64,000 nt of DNA, taken from Pseudomonadales bacterium. Lineage in GTDB: Bacteria > Pseudomonadota > Gammaproteobacteria > Pseudomonadales > GM7GCV1. The position numbers and the translations under genes are program-made. The stretch is taken from the NCBI GenBank assembly GCA_965222065.1, contig OZ244933.1:1912538-1976537 (forward strand), given 5' to 3'. Of this stretch, positions 19,222-27,906 are shown piece after piece. Within the stretch, counting starts at the first letter, position 1. Each line of letters opens with the position of its first letter. The notes below the pieces were generated by a model. That model was not told the origin of the DNA. It saw only the letters and a list, made by a program, of their open reading frames with translations, and made no database searches.

Positions 19222-19796
19222 TGTATGGCCTAGTAAATAAAGCGATAAAGGACATGATACTTGAGAGATATGGAGAGACTATTTGGGATCAGACACTGGA
19301 AGAATCAGGTTTAGATATAGATTGTTTTATAAGCATGAATCAATACAACGATTCATATACATACGCACTTGTAGCCGCAGCATCAAAAACTTTGAAAATG
19401 CCGGGGAACGACTTTTTAGAAGATTTAGGCCACTATTGGTCTACGGTTACTGGCCCTAAAAGTTATAAAACATTGATGGACCTAACTGGTAAAGATCTTA
19501 TTAGTTTTTTAAGTAACTTAAATACACTTCATGAGCGAATTACCTCTACCTTTGTTGGTTACACGCCGCCCTACTTTAAAGTATTTCCTGATGAGGATGG
19601 TTTTATTGTCAGATACCAAAGCAAGCGTGAAGGACTACTGCATTTTGTTATTGGACTAATACAAGGTCTTGCTGACTCTTTCGCACAAAAAATAAAAATA
19701 GCTGAAGTTAACCAATGTGCTTCTAAGTCAGGTGAGACATGGCTAATAAAAGTTTTAATAGCCAATAATAATCAACAATCTTTCAGGCCATCATAA
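19221..19796 (+). CDS. hnoX: H-NOX (heme nitric oxide/oxygen-binding) sensor protein
   Basis: 191 aa starting 'MYGLVNKAIKDMI'. Proximal His104 ('NTLHERI'). Pro116/117 ('TPPYF'). Y-x-S-x-R heme-propionate motif 'YQSKR' (Y132/S134/R136). Start overlaps the stop of the upstream gene. Confidence 0.9.
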   Translation: MYGLVNKAIKDMILERYGETIWDQTLEESGLDIDCFISMNQYNDSYTYALVAAASKTLKMPGNDFLEDLGHYWSTVTGPKSYKTLMDLTGKDLISFLSNLNTLHERITSTFVGYTPPYFKVFPDEDGFIVRYQSKREGLLHFVIGLIQGLADSFAQKIKIAEVNQCASKSGETWLIKVLIANNNQQSFRPS

Positions 19797-19798
19797 AA

Positions 19799-21376
19799 AT
19801 GGACCTGGATGTCATAAACCAGATCTCGACGGTAAGTTTTTCGCTGGATAGCCACCTGAGAGTGTCAAGGACAAGTAAATTGTTACAAAAAGCCTGCCCA
19901 AATCTGGAAGGTGGGAGACTGCTTGATTTTTTTGAGGTAAGAAGGCCCGAGATTAATCATTATCAGGATTTTGTTAGAAATGCGAATGAGTTGATACTTG
20001 CCGTTTCAAAGGAGGGGGATTTCGCTTTTCGCGGCCAATTTATTTTATCTTCCGATCTGGATGGTGAACTTAAATTTGTGGGCACCCCATGGCTTTCATG
20101 GATGGCATCAAACAGCGATTTTTCTTTGAGCATAAATGATTTTCCACCTTTTGATGCTCAGCTGGACTATTTAGTCTACTTAACTACGGAAAAGCAGCGT
20201 CGTAAAGAATTGGATAGTTTGAATTGCGAGCTAAAAAAAGCAAAAGAAGCATTAGAGAGCACTTTACAGTCGCAATCAGAGTTGTTTTCAATGATGAGCC
20301 ATGAAATGGGAACACAAATAGCCTCTATTGATGCGGCTATTAATCTGATTCAGGAGAAAGAGTTAAATGAATCCGATACAAGCTTTGTCCAAATTTCAAG
20401 AAACGCGATAAAGAATCTTAGGATCATTTTTGATCAGGCACTAAATTATTCAAAATTAAAGCACAAGGGCCTTAAAAATGAACCAATAGTTTTTGAACCT
20501 GAGGAGCTATTAGCGTCAATATTGGAACCCTTCTCATCAATGATAGACGAGTCTCGCGTCAGGCTGAATTATAACTATACCGGTCCCAAAGCAATTTTTG
20601 CCGATGCCATGAAAATAAAGCACGTTTTATCAAACTTAGTTGATAACGCGCTCAAACATACTGAAAAAGGCAGCATCAATATTTTGTTTGATTTTCAGGT
20701 AGAAAGACAAAAAATTCGTTTTCGGGTTGCTGACTCGGGTAAGGGGATTCCGGTTGATCAACAACAATATATATTTTCCGAGTACTGGACATCTAAAAGT
20801 TACATAAGTAGTGACATAGGTACAGGCTTGGGTTTGGCCATTTGTAAAAAAATGCTTGACTGCATGGGTGGTAGCATTTGTTTTGAAAGCATAGAAAACA
20901 AAGGAAGTTGCTTTTATGTTGAATTGCCAGCCATGTTGGCAGACGGTTTAGATAATAATCATAGCTATCAAACAGAAGAAGTTCCTAAAGAACCGTCTTT
21001 AGGGTATGAGCAACCTAAAGGCAAATTGCTACTGGTGGATGACAACATGACAAATTGTTATCTAACTCAACTTCATTTAAATGCCCAGGGTTTTGAGGTT
21101 GAGATTGCAACAGATGGCAGACAGGCAATAGAAAAAGTCCAGCAAGATAAATTCGATCTGATTCTGATGGACATCTCTATGCCCGATATGGATGGCATAG
21201 AAGCGGCGAAACGAATCCGGGAGTTAGAACAAGGAGTGCATTTGCCAATTATAGCTTTTTCAGCTTTTGACGATGTAGAAAAGCAGTTTAATTTGAAAGA
21301 AATAGGTATATCTAACATTTTGCACAAGCCCGCAGAGATTTCAGAAATAAAAAACATAATTCAACAATATGTTTAA
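19799..21376 (+). CDS. Hybrid histidine kinase with N-terminal HNOBA/PAS-like domain (HNOBA-coiled coil-HisKA-HATPase-REC)
   Basis: 525 aa. The N-terminus aligns with the sGC HNOBA region ('FFEVRRPEINHYQDFV...LAVSKEGDFAFRGQ...KFVGTPW...INDFPPFDAQLDYLVYL'). H-box 'MMSHEMGTQ', N-box 'LVDNALKHT', 'DSGKGI' and 'GTGLGLAICK'. Receiver 'LLLVDDN...DLILMDISMPDMDG'. Confidence 0.88.
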   Translation: MDLDVINQISTVSFSLDSHLRVSRTSKLLQKACPNLEGGRLLDFFEVRRPEINHYQDFVRNANELILAVSKEGDFAFRGQFILSSDLDGELKFVGTPWLSWMASNSDFSLSINDFPPFDAQLDYLVYLTTEKQRRKELDSLNCELKKAKEALESTLQSQSELFSMMSHEMGTQIASIDAAINLIQEKELNESDTSFVQISRNAIKNLRIIFDQALNYSKLKHKGLKNEPIVFEPEELLASILEPFSSMIDESRVRLNYNYTGPKAIFADAMKIKHVLSNLVDNALKHTEKGSINILFDFQVERQKIRFRVADSGKGIPVDQQQYIFSEYWTSKSYISSDIGTGLGLAICKKMLDCMGGSICFESIENKGSCFYVELPAMLADGLDNNHSYQTEEVPKEPSLGYEQPKGKLLLVDDNMTNCYLTQLHLNAQGFEVEIATDGRQAIEKVQQDKFDLILMDISMPDMDGIEAAKRIRELEQGVHLPIIAFSAFDDVEKQFNLKEIGISNILHKPAEISEIKNIIQQYV

Positions 21377-21390
21377 GGTATGAATTTTCT

Positions 21391-21750
21391 ATGTACGATG
21401 AACCAGAACTTTTTTCAGAAAGTATTTCCAGGAAGTTCATCAATGATTTTGGTTTTGTGAAATATCTTTCTTTGATTGAGTTATTTTTACTTGAATTGGA
21501 AGAAAAAACTGAAAGCATAGAAAAAGCAATGGATGATGAAAATATGGACGGTGTTAGAAAAATTGCTCATTCATTAATCGCTTCATCTAAAGCTGTTGGA
21601 ATGATTCAGCTTTCAAAAAAATTTCAAGATATACAAGAAGTCGCAGGGATTGGTAATGCAAGTCAAACTTATAACGAAATACGCGAAATGCTATTTTTAA
21701 AAGATGAGTCTTTAAATGAGTTGCATAATTTCTTGGCGACTCAAAAGTGA
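21391..21750 (+). CDS. Histidine phosphotransfer (Hpt) protein
   Basis: 119 aa, helical. 'VRKIAHSLIASSKAVGMIQL' matches the Hpt 'HxLKGSSxxxG' motif. Lies 14 nt downstream of the hybrid kinase. Confidence 0.75.
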   Translation: MYDEPELFSESISRKFINDFGFVKYLSLIELFLLELEEKTESIEKAMDDENMDGVRKIAHSLIASSKAVGMIQLSKKFQDIQEVAGIGNASQTYNEIREMLFLKDESLNELHNFLATQK

Positions 21751-21767
21751 TAGGGGTTTGCCCCTAT
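21750..21767 (+). terminator. Hairpin directly after the Hpt stop codon (possible operon terminator)
   Basis: ATAGGGG-TTTG-CCCCTAT, a 7-bp perfect stem. No downstream T-run, so intrinsic-terminator status is uncertain. Confidence 0.3.
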
Positions 21768-22017
21768 CCAGTAGCGATGTTTGTTAATTCAAGCGTTTCA
21801 ACAAAATCAATACTAGAAGTTGGAAATATCTATCTGCATGGTTTTTTGCAGCATGTTTAAAATTTTGCTGTTTTATATCTATCCTTGAACATCGTCTATG
21901 TATTTCGTTTCTAATTTTCTATAGGCATATTTCAAATAGCTTTTTTATTTTTTACCTTTTTGGCAAAGACGAAAGGCTAAAAGCTTTGAAGAGGGTTATT
22001 AATATTAGTTTCTTTTG

Positions 22018-22131
22018 GTATCAATAAATCACCGATTTATGATGCATCTAAATGCTATCCTAATTGGTATCAAAAATTTATCTAATTGACTATTTGATAC
22101 TATCATAATATGATACCCCGATAAATGATAC
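22018..22131. repeat. Array of five TGATAC/GTATCA half-sites upstream of the serine recombinase gene
   Basis: GTATCA at 22018-22023 and 22067-22072. TGATAC at 22095-22100, 22111-22116 and 22126-22131. Extended contexts TTGGTATCAA(T/A)AAAT and A(T)TTGATAC(T/C). The array ends 19 bp before the ATG at 22150. Confidence 0.6.
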
Positions 22132-22149
22132 TATCTATCGGGAGCCCTT

Positions 22150-22734
22150 ATGTCACGTACATTTGCATACTGTCGTGTATCTACGACAGAACAGAATACA
22201 GATAACCAAATTCAAGCTATTTCAGCAGCAGGATATGATATTGATCCTAATAGGATTGTCTCTGAATCTATTTCAGGTTCTGTACAAGCTTTAAAGCGTC
22301 CAAAATTCAAAACTCTTGTAGAGCACCAGCTAGAGCCCAGTGATTGCTTAGTGGTGCTCAAGCTAGATCGTTTAGGGCGAGATAATATCGATGTCCAACA
22401 AACAGTTCAGATGTTGGCAGACAGGTCGGTTAAACTCGTTTGCTTAGATTTACCTGTATCGGATCTATCAAGTTCTGAAGGAAAGCTCATGTTGCAAATG
22501 TTTTCGGCTTTCGCAGAATTTGAGCGAAATAGAATTAGAGAACGCACTCTAGAGGGGCTGAGAAGGGCTGAGAGCGAAGGTAAGAAACTAGGAAGGCCAA
22601 AGGCTGTAAAAACAACAAAAGCGGTGCAGAGAGCAAAAGAAGAAGGTCTAAGCCAATCAAGAGTAGCAGCTAAGCTTGGTCTTGGAATAGCAACTGTAAA
22701 AAGACATTGGAATGTCAAGGAAGAAGCATTGTGA
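22150..22734 (+). CDS. Serine recombinase (resolvase/invertase family)
   Basis: 194 aa. 'FAYCRVSTTEQNTDNQ' holds the catalytic Ser. 'LVVLKLDRLGRD' and 'SAFAEFERNRIRERT'. C-terminal HTH 'SQSRVAAKLGLGIATVKR'. Confidence 0.92.
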   Translation: MSRTFAYCRVSTTEQNTDNQIQAISAAGYDIDPNRIVSESISGSVQALKRPKFKTLVEHQLEPSDCLVVLKLDRLGRDNIDVQQTVQMLADRSVKLVCLDLPVSDLSSSEGKLMLQMFSAFAEFERNRIRERTLEGLRRAESEGKKLGRPKAVKTTKAVQRAKEEGLSQSRVAAKLGLGIATVKRHWNVKEEAL

Positions 22735-23972
22735 AGAATGATGAACGCAGGGCACCCTTTACAAAGTTCAATTACGCCCTTGAAGTTAAATCCCCTGTTT
22801 TTGATAAATATGTTGATGATTTATTTGCACGGTTAAATATCACTCACCAAAAGCAAGCAAGGGCGAGAGCGCTCCGAGCAATCCTTTTAAACCTGATATT
22901 TAGTTTTTATGATTCGGTAGGTGTTTACAGGACAACATCATATACGCCCTGTAAAAGAGAAAATCCTTTTTCCATTGGGCAAAGAGCACTTTGCTCAGTA
23001 CTGGATCTTTTAGAGAGTAATAAATATATCCATCAGGCAATCGGTGACAAAACAAAGGATACGATAACAACGATTAAATTTTGTGACTCTCTTAGAGAGG
23101 AGCTAAGAGAAAATAATATTCTCGCTTATTGGGAAATGCCTGGTGGCTTGATACTTACATCAAAAGGAGACCCAGTCGTTCTTAAAACTAAAAAAGACAA
23201 AGATAATAATGAGAATGGCCGAACGATTGATTATGAAGACAGTGCCTATACAAGGAGAGTAAGAAAAGGTCTAAAGGAGTATCAGAGCTTCATGCAGGAA
23301 TATGAAATCTGGCTTGAGTATGAAAATGGGGAGATGAGTGAGCTACCAGAGTTTTCAGTTAAAAGGACTTTTAACAACTCATGCTTTAGTCAAGGCGGGA
23401 GAATCTCAGGTTATTGGGTATCAATACCAAAAGGAGAGAGGAAGTTCTTAAGAATTGAAGATGAAAAATGTAAGGAATATGACCTAGAGGCTAGTGGACT
23501 TAATTTTTTATATCGAAGAGTTACTGGTAAGCCATGTCCAAATAAAGAGCCCTATGCTGCTGAGTTTAAGGGAAAACAGATTCCTAGAAAATTTAGTAAG
23601 CTTTATCTGAATGTTGCTCAGAATACAAAGAAAAATGGAATGCATAATGCTTACATGGAAGAATTAGAAAAAAGAGCTCAAAAAAAAGAATTTAATTCAC
23701 TGGAGCTGAGCTGGAGCGATTTTTGTAGTGCCATCGAATCCAAGCATAAACCTATCCTAGATTATCTGTACCAACCAAAAATAGGAATGGAGACTCAATG
23801 GTGTGAGTCTGAGTTTGTTTTTATTTGTTTGGGTAAACTGATAAATGAAGGGATTCCAGTATTGCCCGTATATGATTCTTTTATAGTCAGGGAATTAGAC
23901 TTTGATAAAACGAAAAAACTAGTTAGTGATACGTTAGAACAGAATATGGAGGATTACCTTATAGCAGTCTAA
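22707..23972 (+). CDS. Uncharacterised island protein (possible replication/initiator-type protein)
   Basis: 421-aa ORF whose track start is TTG. An in-frame GTG at 22731 overlaps the recombinase stop (GTGA) and is an equally likely start. Motifs 'FSQGGRISGYWVSIPKGERKFLRIEDEKCKEYDLEASGLNFLY' and 'IPVLPVYDSFIV' are noted. No firm family assignment. Confidence 0.5.
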   Translation: MECQGRSIVKNDERRAPFTKFNYALEVKSPVFDKYVDDLFARLNITHQKQARARALRAILLNLIFSFYDSVGVYRTTSYTPCKRENPFSIGQRALCSVLDLLESNKYIHQAIGDKTKDTITTIKFCDSLREELRENNILAYWEMPGGLILTSKGDPVVLKTKKDKDNNENGRTIDYEDSAYTRRVRKGLKEYQSFMQEYEIWLEYENGEMSELPEFSVKRTFNNSCFSQGGRISGYWVSIPKGERKFLRIEDEKCKEYDLEASGLNFLYRRVTGKPCPNKEPYAAEFKGKQIPRKFSKLYLNVAQNTKKNGMHNAYMEELEKRAQKKEFNSLELSWSDFCSAIESKHKPILDYLYQPKIGMETQWCESEFVFICLGKLINEGIPVLPVYDSFIVRELDFDKTKKLVSDTLEQNMEDYLIAV

Positions 23973-24190
23973 AGATACCCCTACTACGTAGGAGGAATAT
24001 AGTAGTTAGAAGGGGGGGGGTAGGTTATTGTTATTGAAGAAATGTATGAAAGGGAAACAGTATTAGGAGAGGGTTTCACCCCTCCAATTAGAGAGACGTT
24101 TCTCAAAAATATCTGTTTATGTGTTCAACCAACCTAGTTGATACAAGCCTGAGTATCTCAGAATTCTAAAATATCGTCTTTAGTTTAAGA

Positions 24191-25354
24191 CTATGCTGAT
24201 AATTCCAGAGAATTTGTCCAATTTTCAAATTCTTTATCAATCGACCCTGCTTTAACTATTAGATATTTATCATGTGTTTTATCACTTATGTTTTCGGCTA
24301 CTTTTTCTAAATCAACAGGCCTATTGTGAAAACTATTTTTTAATTCCTCCAATATATAGCAGATCATATAGTCTTCTAAGTAGAGGTCTAGAGGTCGTTT
24401 TTTTCTTGCTTCAATAAAAAGTTCAGCTATTGCTCTACTACCTGCTTTAGTATCGCTGTAGGTGCTGATGCTTTCATCTACTCTTCTTACCAATAGATCC
24501 CGGTACTGTAGAAGTTTTCCCTGAAGCTTGTCGATTTTTGCGTACTTTTTATTGAGTGTATCCGTCGCCTCTTTTAGAGCTTTGATTGAATTAGGAAATT
24601 TCATAGGCTGTGAAGTATCGTCGACCTCAATAACAGCATCGATAAGACTGAGGATTGTAAAAGCTTTGTTTTTGACTAAATTTAGTATGGAGTCATTAAA
24701 ACAAGTCATCCTATGCGGACGGTGTAATCCTATTGAGCCAATCCCGCTTCCTTTAGGAGAGATATCAAGGTCTTCATACAAAGCGGGAATATTTCCCATG
24801 TATGGAAACCAGCTAGAGCAGATGTACTTGTCTATAAAATTAGCTGCTCTTTGTGACAGCTCTGTAGATGTTTCTATTAATTTCAGAAAATCATTACTCA
24901 GTGTGTAGTCGCCAAAGGTTGAATTGGGATACAACCAAAGATAGAACTTTGAATAGTTGAGTTCGATTGTATTTTCGAGGTTTAAGAGGCGTAACTGGCT
25001 GTCTAGTGTTTTAGAGAAGTATTCCATCCTCCTGTAGTGCTTGTCTAAAACATAGCTTTTATGCATCTGCTCAGAACGTCGTGTAGTAAGTTCTAATGTC
25101 CATAGAGCCAAAAGTCCGCCAAGCATCCAAAAAGGGAATTTGTATTTATTTAAAAAGTTATCAAAACACTCAGAACGAAAGCATGGTTTGGAAAAATCGC
25201 TGGCAGTAATTGCAATAAAAGATGAAAGGCATATGACTAGTGATGCATAAAATAAAAACTTGATTAACTGTTTTCCGGGCATCAGTAATTTACCTAACCA
25301 GACTAGAGTTGCGAGAACTCCTATAAGTAAAACAATTAAAGCTATCCAAAGCAT
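24191..25354 (-). CDS. Uncharacterised membrane-anchored island protein
   Basis: 387 aa. About three N-terminal hydrophobic helices ('LWIALIVLLIGVLATLVWL', 'FLFYASLVICLSSFIAITA', 'FWMLGGLLALWTL') followed by a ~290-aa soluble helical region with no motif I recognise. Confidence 0.55.
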   Translation of the reverse strand: MLWIALIVLLIGVLATLVWLGKLLMPGKQLIKFLFYASLVICLSSFIAITASDFSKPCFRSECFDNFLNKYKFPFWMLGGLLALWTLELTTRRSEQMHKSYVLDKHYRRMEYFSKTLDSQLRLLNLENTIELNYSKFYLWLYPNSTFGDYTLSNDFLKLIETSTELSQRAANFIDKYICSSWFPYMGNIPALYEDLDISPKGSGIGSIGLHRPHRMTCFNDSILNLVKNKAFTILSLIDAVIEVDDTSQPMKFPNSIKALKEATDTLNKKYAKIDKLQGKLLQYRDLLVRRVDESISTYSDTKAGSRAIAELFIEARKKRPLDLYLEDYMICYILEELKNSFHNRPVDLEKVAENISDKTHDKYLIVKAGSIDKEFENWTNSLELSA

Positions 25355-25370
25355 TGTAATTCCCTTGTTT

Positions 25371-27074
25371 TTAAGAATTCACTAAAGTCATTCCTTTCCA
25401 GCCATCCTTAAGATGTGAAATGTCTAGCCCTTTAAAAATCAGCTTTTCCTGTTCCTTGTAATAGCTAGGCATTAACTTTTCTAGGTGGTGATCTTCATGA
25501 CGGTGAATATAGCCTGACATATCGATGTCTGAACTTACCTTATGACCTACCATTACTTCGACAATTTTTTGATTTAGTGAACAGTATTCGAGAGCTTGAG
25601 TTATATAGGTTGGGCGAAAGCTATAAAGAGTCTTTTTCTGCTCTATAAAATCTTCAGGCAAATAACCACTTCTGTATCTTTGGTTCCACCACTTACTAGC
25701 TTGATCGCTAGCTTTTCTTATTCCTCCAGTGATGCCTCCAAGCATTCTTTTATGCCCCAAGCGAAACATTTCGGAAACATATTCATCAAATCCAAGTTCA
25801 AGAATGGCTGGATGTAAAGGTATTGCTCGTCTAGCTGACTCAGTTTTGATTTCAAGCCCATCTTCTGGATCATCGGTTATTAGTAAACACTTAACTCCAG
25901 CATATTCTTTGACATCAGAAATTCTTGCTTGTACCAATTCACCTGGTCTGGCTCCAGTATAAAGGCACATGATTGGTAGCCACCAATGAGAAGCAGTTGT
26001 TGTTTTTCTTTGGTGATAAGTGCTGTCGCTAACGTAAAGGTCACTGCCAAAGATCGTATTTAGATCTTCAATTGTGAAGTCTTTAGTAGGCTGACTATTA
26101 GTTTGAATAGTTACCGTATGAAAAGGATTTTGTGATACTAACTCCTTGGCACATAACCATTTATAAACAGTCCTAGCAAATCCAAGTTTTTCACTGATTG
26201 ACCTATTGCTTAAACATTCGGAAGCAGGCAAATCCATATCAATTAACTGCTTAGCATCTAGACCTGGATATTTATGTGATCTATGGGTAGGAATTTTCTT
26301 TAGGCTATCTCGGAAGTTACAAGCGTCATCATATTTAACTTTATCAACTGGAATATCGCCTAAGATAAAAACTAAATCTCTAAAAGTAGTTCTATATTCA
26401 TTTTTTGTAGTTTCTCTAATTGGCCTACCAGCTTCCTTATTGATAAGAAAATCTTCTATTACTTCCGAAAGCTTAGGTTTGTCTTTATTAGGAGAATTAG
26501 AAGATATTACTTTTTGGGGTGAAATCGATAATTGAGAAGATTCATTTTCCATCTCTTGAATTGAGCTTTTTGCATGTAAACTAATCAGCTCATCAAGTGC
26601 TTTGCCCTTTCCTGGAAGTTTGTATCCTATCTCGCCTAAATCAATTTCTAGGCTATTCAAACTGTTTTCAAAAGCTTCTCTAGCCTCTGCAGTATCTGGT
26701 TCAACTTGATATTCAATAGCCTCCCGTAATCCTCGATATGATTTGAGCCAGGCATCTAAATGTCTTTTGTAGGCATCTATATGCGTAAGGCTAGAAAAGC
26801 GGCCTTTTATTGGATCAGGAGGCTGGCTGGAGTAAAGCTGTTTAAGCTCAGCCATAACTTCTTGGTAATTATCGTCTGTTACTGCTTTCACTTTTTGAAT
26901 CCATCCTTCGTAGGCTTCTAATTTTCTGACAGCTTCATAGAGATTGTCAGTTTTGAGAGATCTTAGTATCTCCCTTTGGCCTAGTTTCTTTCTTAGCTTT
27001 GTTGGAATCTGCCAGCGAAAGTAATAGATATTGCCGCGTTTTTGTAGCAGTTTTAGTAGCAAAATTAGTAGCAA
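25371..27074 (-). CDS. int: Tyrosine recombinase/integrase
   Basis: 567 aa. N-terminal 'GNIYYFRWQIPTKLRKKLGQREILRSLKT' is the arm-binding type common in island integrases. Catalytic region 'TGARPGEL', 'ESARRAIPLHP', 'LYSFRPTYIT', 'MVGHK' and 'YIH'. No ATG at the 5' end; TTG starts at 27074 or 27062. Adjacent to tRNA-Leu. Confidence 0.88.
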   Translation of the reverse strand: MLLILLLKLLQKRGNIYYFRWQIPTKLRKKLGQREILRSLKTDNLYEAVRKLEAYEGWIQKVKAVTDDNYQEVMAELKQLYSSQPPDPIKGRFSSLTHIDAYKRHLDAWLKSYRGLREAIEYQVEPDTAEAREAFENSLNSLEIDLGEIGYKLPGKGKALDELISLHAKSSIQEMENESSQLSISPQKVISSNSPNKDKPKLSEVIEDFLINKEAGRPIRETTKNEYRTTFRDLVFILGDIPVDKVKYDDACNFRDSLKKIPTHRSHKYPGLDAKQLIDMDLPASECLSNRSISEKLGFARTVYKWLCAKELVSQNPFHTVTIQTNSQPTKDFTIEDLNTIFGSDLYVSDSTYHQRKTTTASHWWLPIMCLYTGARPGELVQARISDVKEYAGVKCLLITDDPEDGLEIKTESARRAIPLHPAILELGFDEYVSEMFRLGHKRMLGGITGGIRKASDQASKWWNQRYRSGYLPEDFIEQKKTLYSFRPTYITQALEYCSLNQKIVEVMVGHKVSSDIDMSGYIHRHEDHHLEKLMPSYYKEQEKLIFKGLDISHLKDGWKGMTLVNS

Positions 27075-27158
27075 ACCTCATATCGATAATGATGAGTTTG
27101 CTCAGAAAATCAATAAGGTACTGACTTATAAGAGGATTCTTTGTCAGTGGAATTGCTA

Positions 27159-27245
27159 TGGTGCCCAGGAGAGGACTTGAACCTCCACGACCTTGCGGTC
27201 ACCAGCACCTGAAGCTGGCGCGTCTACCAATTCCGCCACCTGGGC
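27159..27245 (-). tRNA. tRNA-Leu (anticodon CAG), type II with long variable arm, CCA encoded
   Basis: Reverse complement reads GCCCAGGTGGCGGAATTGGTAGACGCGCCAGCTTCAGGTGCTGGTGACCGCAAGGTCGTGGAGGTTCAAGTCCTCTCCTGGGCACCA. Acceptor stem GCCCAGG/CCTGGGC. Anticodon stem CCAGC/GCTGG with loop TTCAGGT. T-loop GGTTCAAGTCC. Confidence 0.93.
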
Positions 27246-27292
27246 AAGGTGTCTCGAAGGCCTGACAACAAGCCCTCGGAAAAGGGACGCGC

Positions 27293-27321
27293 ACTTTACT
27301 CAGAGCCTGTTTTTTTGTCAA
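27293..27321 (-). promoter_or_regulatory. Candidate sigma-70 promoter for tRNA-Leu (TTGACA-N17-TAAAGT)
   Basis: On the minus strand TTGACA (27321-27316) and TAAAGT (27298-27293) are separated by 17 nt. The pair lies ~45 nt upstream of the tRNA 5' end. Confidence 0.4.
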
Positions 27322-27389
27322 TCGCGGGATAGAAAAAACCCGCGGGAAACGCAAGTAAGCTCAGGTTGTCCACCAGCGAGTGGCAAGGC

Positions 27390-27866
27390 TTAACTTTTTC
27401 CGGACTCCAGCCTGGCACGAGATTCCTGATAGGCCTGGTAGTCGGGTACCTTGGTGATCAGGCTTCGGTTAAACATGGGGCTGCTCACCAGCAAATCAGC
27501 GGTGGCTTCGTTACATGCTACGGGGATGTTCCACACAGCCGCCAGCCGCAGAAGGGCCTTGACGTCCGGATCGTGGGGCAGGGGTTCAAAGGGGTCCCAG
27601 AAAAAAATCAGGACGTCAATCTTGCCTTCGGCAATGGCCGCCCCAATCTGCTGGTCACCGCCCATGGGGCCGGATAAGAATTTGCCAATATCCGTACCCA
27701 ACTCAGCTTCCATGAGACTGCCTGTTGTCCCCGTGGCAGAAAGCTTGTGCCGGGTGAGAACTTCCTTGTTCGCCAGTGCCCACGTGAGCAAGTCTTGCTT
27801 GCGGTTGTCGTGGGCAATCAGGGCGATGTTTTTTTCAATAGCTATTTCGCGATCTTTGTACTTCAT
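27390..27866 (-). CDS. mgsA: Methylglyoxal synthase
   Basis: 158 aa. 'IALIAHDNRKQDL', 'LSATGTTG', 'GPMGGDQQIGA', 'IDVLIFFWDP' and 'PHDPDVKALLRLAAVWNIPVA' are near-identical to E. coli MgsA motifs. Confidence 0.95.
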   Translation of the reverse strand: MKYKDREIAIEKNIALIAHDNRKQDLLTWALANKEVLTRHKLSATGTTGSLMEAELGTDIGKFLSGPMGGDQQIGAAIAEGKIDVLIFFWDPFEPLPHDPDVKALLRLAAVWNIPVACNEATADLLVSSPMFNRSLITKVPDYQAYQESRARLESGKS

Positions 27867-27906
27867 GATTTATTAATCACATCAATCGCAAACAGACTGC
27901 AGGTGA

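Larger units (their letters stand above)
16263..27245. mobile_element. Integrative genomic island inserted in tRNA-Leu(CAG); island proper 16263-27177, ~10.9 kb
   Basis: Exact 19-bp direct repeat TGGTGCCCAGGAGAGGACT at 16263-16281 and 27159-27177 (the latter is the tRNA 3' end). Tyrosine integrase gene abuts the tRNA. The interval is visibly AT-rich compared with both flanks. A serine recombinase lies inside. Confidence 0.85.
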
